A stretch of 64,000 nucleotides of DNA, taken from the NCBI GenBank assembly GCA_047973315.1, contig JBKEBV010000102.1:1102-65101 (forward strand), written 5' to 3'. The notes under the pieces are model-generated. The model did not search any database, was not told the DNA's origin, and saw nothing but the letters and a program-made list of their open reading frames with translations. Shown here piece after piece: positions 29,159 through 38,678 of the stretch (the stretch's first letter is position 1; every line of letters starts with the position of its first letter). The DNA is from Propioniciclava sp. (GTDB taxonomy: Bacteria; Actinomycetota; Actinomycetes; Propionibacteriales; Propionibacteriaceae). The position numbers were made by a program, and so were the translations under genes.

Positions 29159-29836
29159 TCACCCGACGAGGTCGGCCAGAAGCTCCCGCCGGTGAGCCGC
29201 GAGTGCCCGCACCCCTCTGCTGCAGCGCCACCGGACCACGTCCCGGCTCAGGCCCAGCTCGGCGGCGGCGTCCCGGCTCGACCGACCGGTGAGGTAGACA
29301 CATTCCAGAGTTCGTCGGGTCACCGTGTCGATATGGCCGAGCCGGGCTCCCGCCTCAAGGACAGCGGCACCGTCGGGAAGATCGTCCTCGGCCGGCGGCG
29401 CCGATCCCGTCGGCGGGTGGCGCCGCACCCGGGAACCGGCGATGGTCTTGAGCGTGTCGAGGGCGAGGTTGGCCGCCACTGCCCGCGGACGCCGCTCGAT
29501 CGGGTACGTGCTGATCCGCTCCCACAATGCGGCGAGAACATCGCTCAGCGACGCCTCCGGATCCCGCAGGGCGAGCCGGACGGCCTTCGGCATCATCGCC
29601 TGGAGCACCGCCCTTCCTGCCAGGCCATCACCCGCGCGGGCGCAGGTCAGCAGTCCGAGGAGGATCGTGTCGGGATCGGCGGGGATCCGGGTCAGGATGT
29701 CCGGGATGTCCTCGGCATCGCGAATTGCGGGACAGGCGAGACGCCACCGCGCCGGCACGAGGCTGCCCGGCGGGGCCGCGCGCGCCCAGTCGGTATCCCA
29801 TTCCTGGAGGGTGGCGTGGAGGCGGTGACGTGTCAT
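29159..29836 (-). CDS. Sigma-70 region-4-like HTH protein (divergent ECF-sigma-like)
   Basis: C-terminal RRTLECVYLTGRSSRDAAAELGLSRDVVRWRCSRGVRAL resembles sigma region 4. The N-terminal part is only weakly region-2-like. Confidence 0.5.
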   Translation of the reverse strand: MTRHRLHATLQEWDTDWARAAPPGSLVPARWRLACPAIRDAEDIPDILTRIPADPDTILLGLLTCARAGDGLAGRAVLQAMMPKAVRLALRDPEASLSDVLAALWERISTYPIERRPRAVAANLALDTLKTIAGSRVRRHPPTGSAPPAEDDLPDGAAVLEAGARLGHIDTVTRRTLECVYLTGRSSRDAAAELGLSRDVVRWRCSRGVRALAAHRRELLADLVG

Positions 29837-30010
29837 GGCTCGAGGCTCGCCGACCGGTGTTGGCCAGATTGTTGTCCGGGGCCGCGTCGGTGTTGTGCGA
29901 GCCGCGAAATCCATCACATCGGGGCCTTCTCCGGCTTGGCCACGGGGCAGCGCCACGCCTGAGCGCCCAAGATGCTATCAAATAGTGACCTTTGGTCAGC
30001 CCTTGAACCG

Positions 30011-30039
30011 TTGCAAGCCTCTCAGGCCGGTCTTAGAAT
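30011..30039 (+). promoter_or_regulatory. Near-consensus sigma-A-type promoter pointing antisense into 30120..30518
   Basis: TTGCAA (30011-30016), a 17-nt spacer, then TAGAAT (30034-30039). The palindrome TGACCtttGGTCA (29986-29998) lies just upstream. Confidence 0.4.
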
Positions 30040-30119
30040 TTGAATCGCCCGGGGGGCTGCTGGTTGGGGTGCCGCAGCTCCTCGGAGCATTTTCTCCCGC
30101 GGACGTCAGTTCCCGGGCC

Positions 30120-30518
30120 TCAGCCGGCCTGGAGAACACGGTCGAGGAAGTCGGCGAGATCGCCGCTCTCCCCGTCCCGGGCACCGCGACCCACCACCAG
30201 CTCGGGCAGGGACGGCTGCAGCTTGGCCCCGGTGAACCGGCCCCAGCGCGACGCCGGAACGGTGAGCACATACCAGGCCCCATCGGTCCCAATCGCCACC
30301 GAGCGGGCCTTGTTCACATACCAGCCGACCTTGTCGGTCCGCACCCGCCGGCCGTCGAGCCGGGTCGCCTGGAGCGCAACCGGAGCAATTCCCTGCGCTG
30401 TCGCCTCGGCCACGAAGCGATCGATGATCACCTGGGCCGCCTCGCCCTCCCGCAGCCGGGCCGCCTCGGCCATCGCCATCATCCGGCGGGCGTCCTCCTG
30501 ACGCCGCGACTGTGCCAT
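30120..30518 (-). CDS. Hypothetical protein (132 aa)
   Basis: High third-position G+C and protein-like composition (…VGWYVNKARSVAIGTDGAWYVLTVPASRWGRFTG…). No family is recognised. Confidence 0.6.
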   Translation of the reverse strand: MAQSRRQEDARRMMAMAEAARLREGEAAQVIIDRFVAEATAQGIAPVALQATRLDGRRVRTDKVGWYVNKARSVAIGTDGAWYVLTVPASRWGRFTGAKLQPSLPELVVGRGARDGESGDLADFLDRVLQAG

Positions 30519-30583
30519 GCCCCCACCGTAGGACCACACCACACCCGGACGCCATCGTCGCCCCGGGCGCAGCGTCAGCCAGA

Positions 30584-31483
30584 ATGGAACCCATGACGCC
30601 GATGCTCACGTTCACCTGGCCCGACACTCCCCTGGAGATCGGCGCGATCATCCTCGTGGCGATCATCCTGCGTTTCCTGCTCCGGTATGCGATCAGACTT
30701 GCGGTCAAGGCCTCCCTCGCCGCCGCGGACGCCCGCAGGCACCAGCCGGCCGAGGGCGCGGCCAAGGAGCTGCTCCGCACCCTGACCGGCGCCGATGATG
30801 ACCGCCACGAGGCCCGGGTGCGAACGCTGGGCAGCCTGCTGCGCAATATCGTCGACGTGCTGCTGGTGGCCGTCGTGCTGCTGACGATCCTGCGCATCCT
30901 CGGCATCCCGCTCGAACCGATCATCGCCTCAGCCGGTATCGGCGGCGTCGCCCTCGCCTTCGGCGCCCAAAGCCTGGTCAAGGACTACATCACCGGCATC
31001 TTCATGATCTTCGAGGACCAGTTCGGCGTGGGCGACTACATCGACACCGGTGAGATCAAGGGCACGGTCGAGGCGGTGGGACTCCGGGTGACCCGGCTCC
31101 GCGACTCGCTGGGGCAGCTGTGGTACATCCGCAACGGAGAGATCCTCCGCGTCGGCAATGAGTCCCAGGGGTGGTCGACCGCGCGGGTGGACGTTCCCAT
31201 CGCCTATGACGAGAACGCCAGCCGGGCCATCGAGGTTCTCCAACCGGTGATGGCCGCGATCGGCGCCGACGAGCAGTGGTCCGCGGTGCTGCTGGAGACA
31301 CCGACGGTCGCCGGTGTCGACGCTGTGGTGAACGGTGCCGCCAGCATCAGGATCAGCGCGCGATGCGCGCCGAACCAGCAGTGGGGTCTGCAGCGGGCGA
31401 TGCTGGAGCACTCGGTCACCGCCCTCCAGTCGGCCGGGTTCCGAGGCCCGACCTACGCCCTGCCGCCGACACCACCCGCCTGA
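30584..31483 (+). CDS. Mechanosensitive ion channel (MscS family)
   Basis: TM helices followed by GVALAFGAQSLVKDYITGIFMIFEDQFGVGDYI and the beta-domain GTVEAVGLRVTRLRD. Confidence 0.85.
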   Translation: MEPMTPMLTFTWPDTPLEIGAIILVAIILRFLLRYAIRLAVKASLAAADARRHQPAEGAAKELLRTLTGADDDRHEARVRTLGSLLRNIVDVLLVAVVLLTILRILGIPLEPIIASAGIGGVALAFGAQSLVKDYITGIFMIFEDQFGVGDYIDTGEIKGTVEAVGLRVTRLRDSLGQLWYIRNGEILRVGNESQGWSTARVDVPIAYDENASRAIEVLQPVMAAIGADEQWSAVLLETPTVAGVDAVVNGAASIRISARCAPNQQWGLQRAMLEHSVTALQSAGFRGPTYALPPTPPA

Positions 31484-31838
31484 TCCGCCGCGGCCGACTG
31501 CTTGGCCGACGTTGGTGACATCAACGGTCACCGCGATGGTGCTGTCGGCCGCGTCCGACCCGGCACTGATCAGACGCGCGCGACGGCGGGGCGGGCCCGC
31601 AGCCCCGGGACTGATCGGCTGCTGATCAACGCCCTGGGCTGCTCGACACCCTGGACTGATGGACACTCGCGGCGGCGCCCATCGCACCGTCGCGGAGAGG
31701 GGATCGCCCGCGCAGGTGCGCCACGGCCACGGCCTGATCGATCAGCGGTTCCTCAGCACGGGACCGCCGCCGGAATCAAGTCCCGTCAGCCTGTGGACCG
31801 GCGCCCGGGGCATCGGAGGCGGACCCTAGGCTGATCTC

Positions 31839-34397
31839 ATGACGGACGAGACTCAGCTGACCGGAAGCGCTGACCCTGCCGACGAGGCACCTTCGACCGA
31901 CCACCGTGTCTTCGGCCCCTCGACCAGGCCGACCCATCCGCTGGCACTCGCCCCGGTCGGGTCGCCACCGCACTCCGTCGACGGGTTCGTGAAGGAGTTC
32001 CTCCACGAGCTCAACACCAGCCAGGGGGTGTCGCTGTCGGAGTCGTCGATCAACGACCAGTACCACGCACTCGCCACGACGGTCCGCAATTACCTGATGG
32101 CCCGCTGGCTGGAGACCGGCCGCCGGACGAAGGCCGCCCGGACCAAGACCATCGGCTACCTGTCCGCGGAGTACCTGCTGGGTCGACAGCTCGGCAACGC
32201 GCTGCTGGCCACCGATCTCAACGAGATCGCCTTCGAGGGCCTCAAGCAGTGCGGCGTCGACCTGCCGACGATGCGCCGCCAAGAGGTCGAGCCCGGCCTG
32301 GGCAACGGCGGTCTGGGCCGGCTGGCGGCCTGCTTCATCGACTCGCTCGCCACCATGAACGTTCCCTGCATCGGTTACGGCATCCGCTACGAGTACGGCA
32401 TCTTCCGCCAGACCTTCGTCGACGGACGTCAGGTGGAGCAGCCGGACACCTGGTTGGCCCTGGGCTCGCCGTGGGAATTCCCCCACCCGGAGGCCTCGGT
32501 CCAGGTTGATTTCGGCGGCAGGACCGAGACCTACGTCGGCGAGGACGGCCGCGAACGGACCCGCTGGCTGCCCGACTGGAACGTGCTCGGGGTCCCCTAC
32601 AACTACATGGTCCCCGGTTACCTCAACGGCCGGGTGAACACCCTGCGCCTGTGGAGCGCCCAGGCCACCCAGGCCTTCGACCTGCAGATCTTCAACTCCG
32701 GCGACTACGCCCAGGCCGTTCGCGCACAGACGTTCGCGGAGAACATCTCCAAGGTTCTCTACCCGGAGGACTCGACGCCGCAGGGCAAGGAGCTGCGGCT
32801 GCAGCAGCAGTACTTCTTCGTCGCCTGCTCGCTTCGGGACTTCATCCACGAACTGGAGGAGGGCTTCGACCTGCACGACCTGCCGAGCCGGATCATCTTC
32901 CAGCTCAATGACACCCACCCGGTGATCGCCGTGCCCGAGCTGATGCGCATTCTCATCGACGAGCACGACTTCGCCTGGGACGAGGCCTGGGAGACCACCA
33001 AGGGCTGCTTCGCCTACACCTGCCATACGCTGCTGCCCGAGGCGTTGGAGGTGTGGCCGACCGAACTGCTCGGGCGGCTGCTGCCCCGCCACCTGGAGAT
33101 CATCCTCGGCATCAACGAGAGGTTCCTCGAGGAGGTCCGGGAGGCATTCCCGAACGACGACCTTCGCGCCCAGCGGATGTCCATCATTGCCGAATACCCC
33201 GAGCGGGCCATCCGAATGGCCTACCTCGCCACGGTCGCCGGCACCAAGGTCAACGGCGTCGCCGCCCTGCACTCGCAACTGCTCCGCGACAAGGTGCTTC
33301 CCGACTTCTCCGAGATGTGGCCGGACAAGTTCACCAATGTCACCAACGGGGTGACGCCGCGCCGGTTCGTGCGGCTGGCCAACTGGCGTCTGTCCGAACT
33401 CATCACCGACGCCATCGGCCCGGGTTGGGTCACCGATCTCGAGCGCCTCCAGGAGCTGGAGCCCTACGCCGAGGACGAGGACTTCCGGATGAGGTTCCGC
33501 GAGGTCAAGGCCCACAACAAGCGACGCCTCACCAAGCTGCTGGCCTCCCGGGACGGTATCGCGCTCCCCGAGGGTCATCTGCTCGACGTCATGGTGAAGC
33601 GCCTGCACGAGTACAAGCGCCAGTCCCTCAAGATCCTCCATGTCGTGTCCCTGTACGAGCAGGTGTTCTCGGGCAGGATCGCCGCAGCCGACCTGACCCC
33701 ACGGACGGTCGTGTTCGGCGCCAAGGCTGCGCCCGGCTACCGGGCCGCCAAGGAGACCATCCACCTGATCAACGCCGTCGGCGCCACCATCAATGCCGAC
33801 GAGCGGCTCGAGGGGCGCCTGAAGGTCGCCTTCCCGGCCAATTACAACGTGACGCTCGCCGAGCGCCTCATCCCCGCCGCCGACCTGTCCGAGCAGATCT
33901 CCCTGGCCGGTATGGAGGCCTCCGGAACCGGAAACATGAAGTTCGCCCTCAACGGCGCACTGACCATCGGCACCGACGACGGCGCGAACGTCGAGATCCG
34001 CGGCCTCGTCGGCGATGACAACTTCTTCCTCTTCGGCATGACCGAGCCCGAGGTTGCCGCACTGCAGGAGCAGGGCTACCAGCCGTCGGCCTCCTACGAG
34101 GGGAATGAGCAGCTCAAGGCCGCCATCGATCTCATCCTGGCCGGAACGTTCAGCCCTCAGGACCAGCACGCCTTCGACGGGCTCATGCACGGCCTGATCA
34201 ACTCCGACCGCTTCATGGCCCTGGCCGACTTCGCCGGTTACGTCGAGGCGCAGAGCCGGGTCGAGGAGACCTACGCCGACGTCGAGGCGTGGACACGGGC
34301 GGCCATCCTCAATGTCGCCCGCTCGGGCTACTTCAGCTCGGACCGCTCCATGAAGGATTACCTGAAGCGCATCTGGCACACCCAGCCGATGCTCTGA
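31839..34397 (+). CDS. glgP: Glycogen/maltodextrin phosphorylase
   Basis: 852 aa. PLP-Lys motif EASGTGNMKFALNGALTIGTDDGANVE and overall GT35 blocks. Confidence 0.95.
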   Translation: MTDETQLTGSADPADEAPSTDHRVFGPSTRPTHPLALAPVGSPPHSVDGFVKEFLHELNTSQGVSLSESSINDQYHALATTVRNYLMARWLETGRRTKAARTKTIGYLSAEYLLGRQLGNALLATDLNEIAFEGLKQCGVDLPTMRRQEVEPGLGNGGLGRLAACFIDSLATMNVPCIGYGIRYEYGIFRQTFVDGRQVEQPDTWLALGSPWEFPHPEASVQVDFGGRTETYVGEDGRERTRWLPDWNVLGVPYNYMVPGYLNGRVNTLRLWSAQATQAFDLQIFNSGDYAQAVRAQTFAENISKVLYPEDSTPQGKELRLQQQYFFVACSLRDFIHELEEGFDLHDLPSRIIFQLNDTHPVIAVPELMRILIDEHDFAWDEAWETTKGCFAYTCHTLLPEALEVWPTELLGRLLPRHLEIILGINERFLEEVREAFPNDDLRAQRMSIIAEYPERAIRMAYLATVAGTKVNGVAALHSQLLRDKVLPDFSEMWPDKFTNVTNGVTPRRFVRLANWRLSELITDAIGPGWVTDLERLQELEPYAEDEDFRMRFREVKAHNKRRLTKLLASRDGIALPEGHLLDVMVKRLHEYKRQSLKILHVVSLYEQVFSGRIAAADLTPRTVVFGAKAAPGYRAAKETIHLINAVGATINADERLEGRLKVAFPANYNVTLAERLIPAADLSEQISLAGMEASGTGNMKFALNGALTIGTDDGANVEIRGLVGDDNFFLFGMTEPEVAALQEQGYQPSASYEGNEQLKAAIDLILAGTFSPQDQHAFDGLMHGLINSDRFMALADFAGYVEAQSRVEETYADVEAWTRAAILNVARSGYFSSDRSMKDYLKRIWHTQPML

Positions 34398-34633
34398 ACC
34401 GGTCATTTCCCGCCAAGCCCTGAAGACGTCGATCGAGGCCGCCCGGTGCGCGAACGTGCCGGGCGGGATGACCCGCCACGCCAGCTCTCGTGCCCGGGCG
34501 CCAGACGCCCACGCACAAGCCGGGGAAGCTGTGCCGCACCGACATGCTGGCCCACGCGCCGATCGCCGACGCAGCCATCTTCGGGGCGCTGACCGGGTAC
34601 CGGACGTCCGTCGATCGGTCAGACCATGAGACG

Positions 34634-35518
34634 TCAGCGGCTCCCGGCGCGCCGTGCCGTCCGCACGACACCGATGGAGGCGGTGATCACGCAGGCCATG
34701 GCAAGGATCTCAACCGGGCGGAGCTGTTCCCCGAGCAGCAGGAAGGCGAACAGGCCGGCGGCGGCCGGTTCCAGGCTCATCAGTATCCCGAAGATGCGCG
34801 GCTGGATCCGTCGCAGGGCGACCATCTCCAGGCCGTAGGGGATCACCGAGGCCAGCAGACCGACGACCAGTCCCTGGATCCAGACCGGTGCGGCCGGTGG
34901 CGGCAGCGCGCCCGCCAGCAGCACCGGAACCGTTGCGGCGGCAAGGCCCACCCACATGCCGACCGTCACCCCGCTCACACCGGCCCAGGAACGACCGACG
35001 GGGCCCGCCAACAGAATGTAGGCGGCCCACATCGCGGCGGCCACCAGGGCCAGAGCGATGCCGACCGGGTCCAGGTCGCCGGGTGTGAAGCCCAGGAGAA
35101 CCACACCGACCGCGGCGAGGGCCACCCAGGTGAGGTCGCGCGGCCGCCGCGACAGGGCCACCGAGACTCCGAGGGGCCCGAGGAACTCCAGGGTGACCGC
35201 CATCCCGATGGGGATGCGCGCGATCGCCGCGTAGAACGAGGTGTTCATGCCGGCGAGCACGAGACCGTAGGCGATGACCCATGCCCACTCACGCGGGCGG
35301 CGGCCCCGCAGCCGGGGTCGGGCGACGAACGCCAGGACGACCGCAGCCGACAGCAGCCGGAGCCAGGCGACGGTGAACGGCGTCACCTGCTCATACAGGC
35401 CCTTGGCGACCGACGACCCGACCTGAACCGAAGCGATGGACACCGTCACCAGCAGCACCGGGGAAACCGCCAGCCCCACCACCCCACCGGGGGGACGCTG
35501 CGGACGCTCGGGTGTCAC
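34634..35518 (-). CDS. EamA/DMT family transporter
   Basis: About 10 TM helices in two EamA-like halves. GTG start at 35518. The ORF extension to 35653 is unlikely to be coding. Confidence 0.8.
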   Translation of the reverse strand: MTPERPQRPPGGVVGLAVSPVLLVTVSIASVQVGSSVAKGLYEQVTPFTVAWLRLLSAAVVLAFVARPRLRGRRPREWAWVIAYGLVLAGMNTSFYAAIARIPIGMAVTLEFLGPLGVSVALSRRPRDLTWVALAAVGVVLLGFTPGDLDPVGIALALVAAAMWAAYILLAGPVGRSWAGVSGVTVGMWVGLAAATVPVLLAGALPPPAAPVWIQGLVVGLLASVIPYGLEMVALRRIQPRIFGILMSLEPAAAGLFAFLLLGEQLRPVEILAMACVITASIGVVRTARRAGSR

Positions 35519-35631
35519 CCACCCATCCTGCCGTACTCGGTCGGCGCAGGGCGCGGTGCAAATCCAGCAATGGCGGACCCGGGCGGTCGGCACCGCCGGA
35601 TAGGCAACCCGGCCCCGGGTAGGCTGAAAGG

Positions 35632-36072
35632 GTGAGCCCAACGACACCCCCACCAGGTCGGTCGGCCCGGAGAGGCGCCATCCTCGTCACGGTCGCCGTG
35701 GCCCTGGTCCTCGGTCTGGTGGTTGCCGTCACACTGGTGGCGACTGGCCTCATCAGGACCGGACCGCACCTGGAACGCGGAACGCTCGACGAGATTGCGG
35801 CGGTCGCCGTCAGCAGCGGGGTCGCCGACAGCCCACGAGGGACAACCATCTGGTGCACGGTCAGCGAAGGCCAGTTCTGCGCCCTCGAATCCGCCGGCGA
35901 GTCGGTCCGGGTCAATCTTCCGGACGATCTCACCCTGCGGGTGCAGGATCAGCTGGACGTGAAGACCATCGAACATGCCAGGTCCGAACAGGTGCGGGTT
36001 CGCTGCACTCTAGACGCCTATGCCTGCGAGATGGACGTCGGTGGCGGCTGGAAACCGATCCCTGTCCGGTAG
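35632..36072 (+). CDS. Hypothetical membrane-anchored protein
   Basis: N-terminal TM (ILVTVAVALVLGLVVAVTLVATGL) and a Cys-containing ectodomain. No family is recognised. Confidence 0.5.
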   Translation: MSPTTPPPGRSARRGAILVTVAVALVLGLVVAVTLVATGLIRTGPHLERGTLDEIAAVAVSSGVADSPRGTTIWCTVSEGQFCALESAGESVRVNLPDDLTLRVQDQLDVKTIEHARSEQVRVRCTLDAYACEMDVGGGWKPIPVR

Positions 36073-36121
36073 GTGCCTCGGCCCGGGGTCAACCCGTGGC
36101 TGCGAGCCGGGGCGCGAGGAG

Positions 36122-37015
36122 CTATCGCCTGGCACGGTCTCGCTCATGCCGGCGAGAGCCGGAACGCCTACCCCCGCTGCTCTCAGCACGCCACGAGGCG
36201 ATAGCGGCGAGACGTCGGGACACCAGCTCGGGATCGGTGGCCAGCGCTGCTGCGGAGAAGCGCACGACCATCCAGCCGTGAGCCAGGAGTGCGGCATCGC
36301 GGTCCCGGTCTGACTCGAAGGCGGCGCGCGAACCATGGAAGGCCCAGCCGTCCGCCTCGATACCGAGACCGAGTTCGGGGAGTGCCAGGTCGAGGTAGAC
36401 CAGCCGCCCGCCACCAAGACGTACGGGGTAGTTGGTCCGGTAGTCCCAGGCCAGATCGGCGTCCCGGTAGATGCGATGCAGGTCGCGTTCTGCTTCCGAC
36501 CAGGGCTGGTCGCGGGAGTCATCCAGCAGGCGTCGACGCAGCTGATTCCCGGCGCGACCCGGAGTCTTCTCCAGTGCTTCCCACATCTGCCCCAGAGTGG
36601 CAGCTCGGCGGCGGAGGGCCTCGTCGATCACGGCCCCACCGTGGGCGGGGATGAGGTCCAGCACACACAGCGCCGGTCCAGCAACCATCACCGGCCCCAC
36701 CGAAGTGAGGAGGTCACCGTCGAGGGAGCGCTCCTCCCAGACATACCCCGGTGACGTCGGGCTCGTCCCTGAACGTGTCGCCGTCACAGCATCAACCGGC
36801 ACCTGCGGCCACCACGTCAGGAATGCGGCTGCGGCTCCGGTCACCACGGCATCGGGGTGGATCATGGCGAGCGCCTCGACGCGCAATCGGACATCGTCCC
36901 GGGCACCAGGAGGACCGTAAACCCCTGGGAGCAGCCGTTCCATCCTTCCGCGGGCGACTGCCCGACTGGCACAGGTCTGTTCGCGAGGAGTGCGGGGGCG
37001 AAGGAGTCGCGTCAT
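36122..37015 (-). CDS. AbiEi_4-like N-terminal domain / DUF559 (Vsr-like endonuclease fold) protein
   Basis: C-terminal ...YRTNYPVRLGGGRLVYLDLALPELGLGIEADGWAFHGSRAAFESDRDRDAALLAHGWMVVRFS is the DUF559 signature. Confidence 0.7.
   Translation of the reverse strand: MTRLLRPRTPREQTCASRAVARGRMERLLPGVYGPPGARDDVRLRVEALAMIHPDAVVTGAAAAFLTWWPQVPVDAVTATRSGTSPTSPGYVWEERSLDGDLLTSVGPVMVAGPALCVLDLIPAHGGAVIDEALRRRAATLGQMWEALEKTPGRAGNQLRRRLLDDSRDQPWSEAERDLHRIYRDADLAWDYRTNYPVRLGGGRLVYLDLALPELGLGIEADGWAFHGSRAAFESDRDRDAALLAHGWMVVRFSAAALATDPELVSRRLAAIASWRAESSGGRRSGSRRHERDRARR
36871..36890. repeat. 20-bp exact direct repeat, copy 1 (inside the DUF559 gene)
   Basis: GCGCCTCGACGCGCAATCGG is identical to 37174-37193. 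Confidence 0.9.
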
Positions 37016-37060
37016 GCTGGCACCTTGGCGCCACGCCGTCACCGGCTCCCGGTCTCAGGT

Positions 37061-37157
37061 GTAAGAACCTCGGGTCCAGATTCGGAGGAACACCCCCGGA
37101 CCTCAGTCCCACTGCAGTTCCTGGCGCCATGTCGAAGACTAGACCCGAGGTTCTTAC
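37061..37157. repeat. 97-bp palindromic (MITE/REP-like) element
   Basis: Perfect 16-bp terminal inverted repeats GTAAGAACCTCGGGTC (37061-37076) and GACCCGAGGTTCTTAC (37142-37157). The interior shows further imperfect symmetry (AGGAAC / GTTCCT). Confidence 0.6.
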
Positions 37158-37173
37158 CGTTCCTGTGTGCTGG

Positions 37174-37193
37174 GCGCCTCGACGCGCAATCGG
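37174..37193. repeat. 20-bp exact direct repeat, copy 2 (just past the cca stop)
   Basis: GCGCCTCGACGCGCAATCGG is identical to 36871-36890. Confidence 0.9.
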
Positions 37194-37200
37194 TGGATGC

Positions 37201-38646
37201 TCAGGCCTCGCCGCGGGCCTCCCACCACGACCGGAGCTCGTCGCGGGCACGCTCCTCACCGAGCGGACCCTCATCCATCCGGCGCTCCAGCAGGAACCGG
37301 TAGGCCTCGCCGACAACCCGGCCCGGTCGGATGCCGAGGAGCTCCATGATCTGGGTGCCGTCGAGGTCGGGGCGGATAGCGTTGAGCTCCTCCGCGGCGG
37401 CGAGCTCGTCGATCCGCCACTCGAGTTGCTCATAGGCGGTCCGCAGCCGGTTCGCTTTGCGGACATTCCGGGTGGTGCAGTCGGCCCGGGTGAGGATGTG
37501 GAGGCGTTCCAGCTGATCTCCGGCATCCCGCACATAGCGGCGCACGGCCGCATCGCTCCAGTCCGCGTCGGCGTAGCCGTGGAAGCGCAGGTGAAGCTCC
37601 ACCAGGCGCGCCACCGCGGCCACCTGATCGGCGCTGAACCGGAGTTCTTTGAGCCGCTTCCTGGTCATTTTGGCCCCCACCACATCGTGATGGTGGAAGG
37701 TGACCTTGCCTCCGGCCTCGTAGCGCTTGGTCGGCGGCTTGCCGACATCGTGGAACAGGGCGGCGAGCCGGTTGATCAGGTCGGGATCATGCCCGCGAGT
37801 CTGCTCGAGCTCGATGGCCTGTTCCAGCACGGTGAGGGTGTGCGCGTAGATGTCCTTGTGCCGGCCGTGCTCGTCGACCTCGGTCTCGAGCGCGGCCACC
37901 TCAGGAATCACCTGGGCGGCCAGACCGGTGCGCACCAGCAGGTCGAGTCCCTCGCCGGGAGCCTCGGCGAGCAGCAGCTTGGTGAGTTCATCGCGGACGC
38001 GTTCGGCCGAGACAATGGAGATCCGCTCGGCCATCGCGGTCATCGCGGTGACCACCTCCGGCGTCGGCCGGAAACCCAGCTGGGCGGTGAAGCGTGCCGC
38101 GCGCATCATCCGCAGCGGGTCGTCGGAGAAGGAAACCTCGGGCGCCGACGGCGTGCGCAGCAGCCGGTCCTCCAGGTCGCCGAGCCCTCCGTAGGGATCG
38201 GTGAACGCTCCGGTCACCACCGACAGCGCCATCGCATTCACGGTGAAGTCCCGACGGATGAGATCGCCCGCGAGCGTGTCCCCGAACTCGACGGTCGGCT
38301 TGCGGGAGGTGGCGTCATAGGAGTCGGCCCGGTAGGTGGTGATCTCCACGACCATTTCGTCATCGCCGTCGACGAGTTGCGCGCCGATCGTACCGAAGGC
38401 CCGGCCGATATCCCAGCTGGTGCGCACCAACGGACGCACGATGGCCTCGATCTCCTCCGGACGCGCGTGGGTGGTGAAGTCGAGGTCATGCCCGCGGCGG
38501 CCCATAATGGCATCCCGCACCGGCCCGCCGACCAGGTGGAGATCGTGTCCTCGGGCGGCGAACGCGTCGCCGATCCGGCGGATCGCGGGAAAGCGCAGGA
38601 CGACCGCTTCGAGGGCGCGGCGCTGATCTTGACGCAGGTTGGGCAC
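37201..38646 (-). CDS. cca: CCA-adding tRNA nucleotidyltransferase (PcnB/Cca family with HD domain)
   Basis: HLVGGPVRDAIMGR..DLDFTT nucleotidyltransferase motif and HD motif LFHDVGKP. 481 aa. GTG start. Confidence 0.9.
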   Translation of the reverse strand: MPNLRQDQRRALEAVVLRFPAIRRIGDAFAARGHDLHLVGGPVRDAIMGRRGHDLDFTTHARPEEIEAIVRPLVRTSWDIGRAFGTIGAQLVDGDDEMVVEITTYRADSYDATSRKPTVEFGDTLAGDLIRRDFTVNAMALSVVTGAFTDPYGGLGDLEDRLLRTPSAPEVSFSDDPLRMMRAARFTAQLGFRPTPEVVTAMTAMAERISIVSAERVRDELTKLLLAEAPGEGLDLLVRTGLAAQVIPEVAALETEVDEHGRHKDIYAHTLTVLEQAIELEQTRGHDPDLINRLAALFHDVGKPPTKRYEAGGKVTFHHHDVVGAKMTRKRLKELRFSADQVAAVARLVELHLRFHGYADADWSDAAVRRYVRDAGDQLERLHILTRADCTTRNVRKANRLRTAYEQLEWRIDELAAAEELNAIRPDLDGTQIMELLGIRPGRVVGEAYRFLLERRMDEGPLGEERARDELRSWWEARGEA

Positions 38647-38678
38647 GATGACCCACCCTACCGCCCTACCATGGTCCG

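Noticed and set aside
30040-30501. 153-aa plus-strand ORF starting right after the TTGCAA/TAGAAT promoter
   Set aside because: It has a TTG start inside the -10 region, Ser/Arg/Pro-rich mirror composition and no RBS. The opposite strand has the better coding signal.
31776-34406. 876-aa minus-strand ORF opposite glgP
   Set aside because: It is antisense to a full-length glycogen phosphorylase carrying the PLP motif. This is a mirror ORF artefact.
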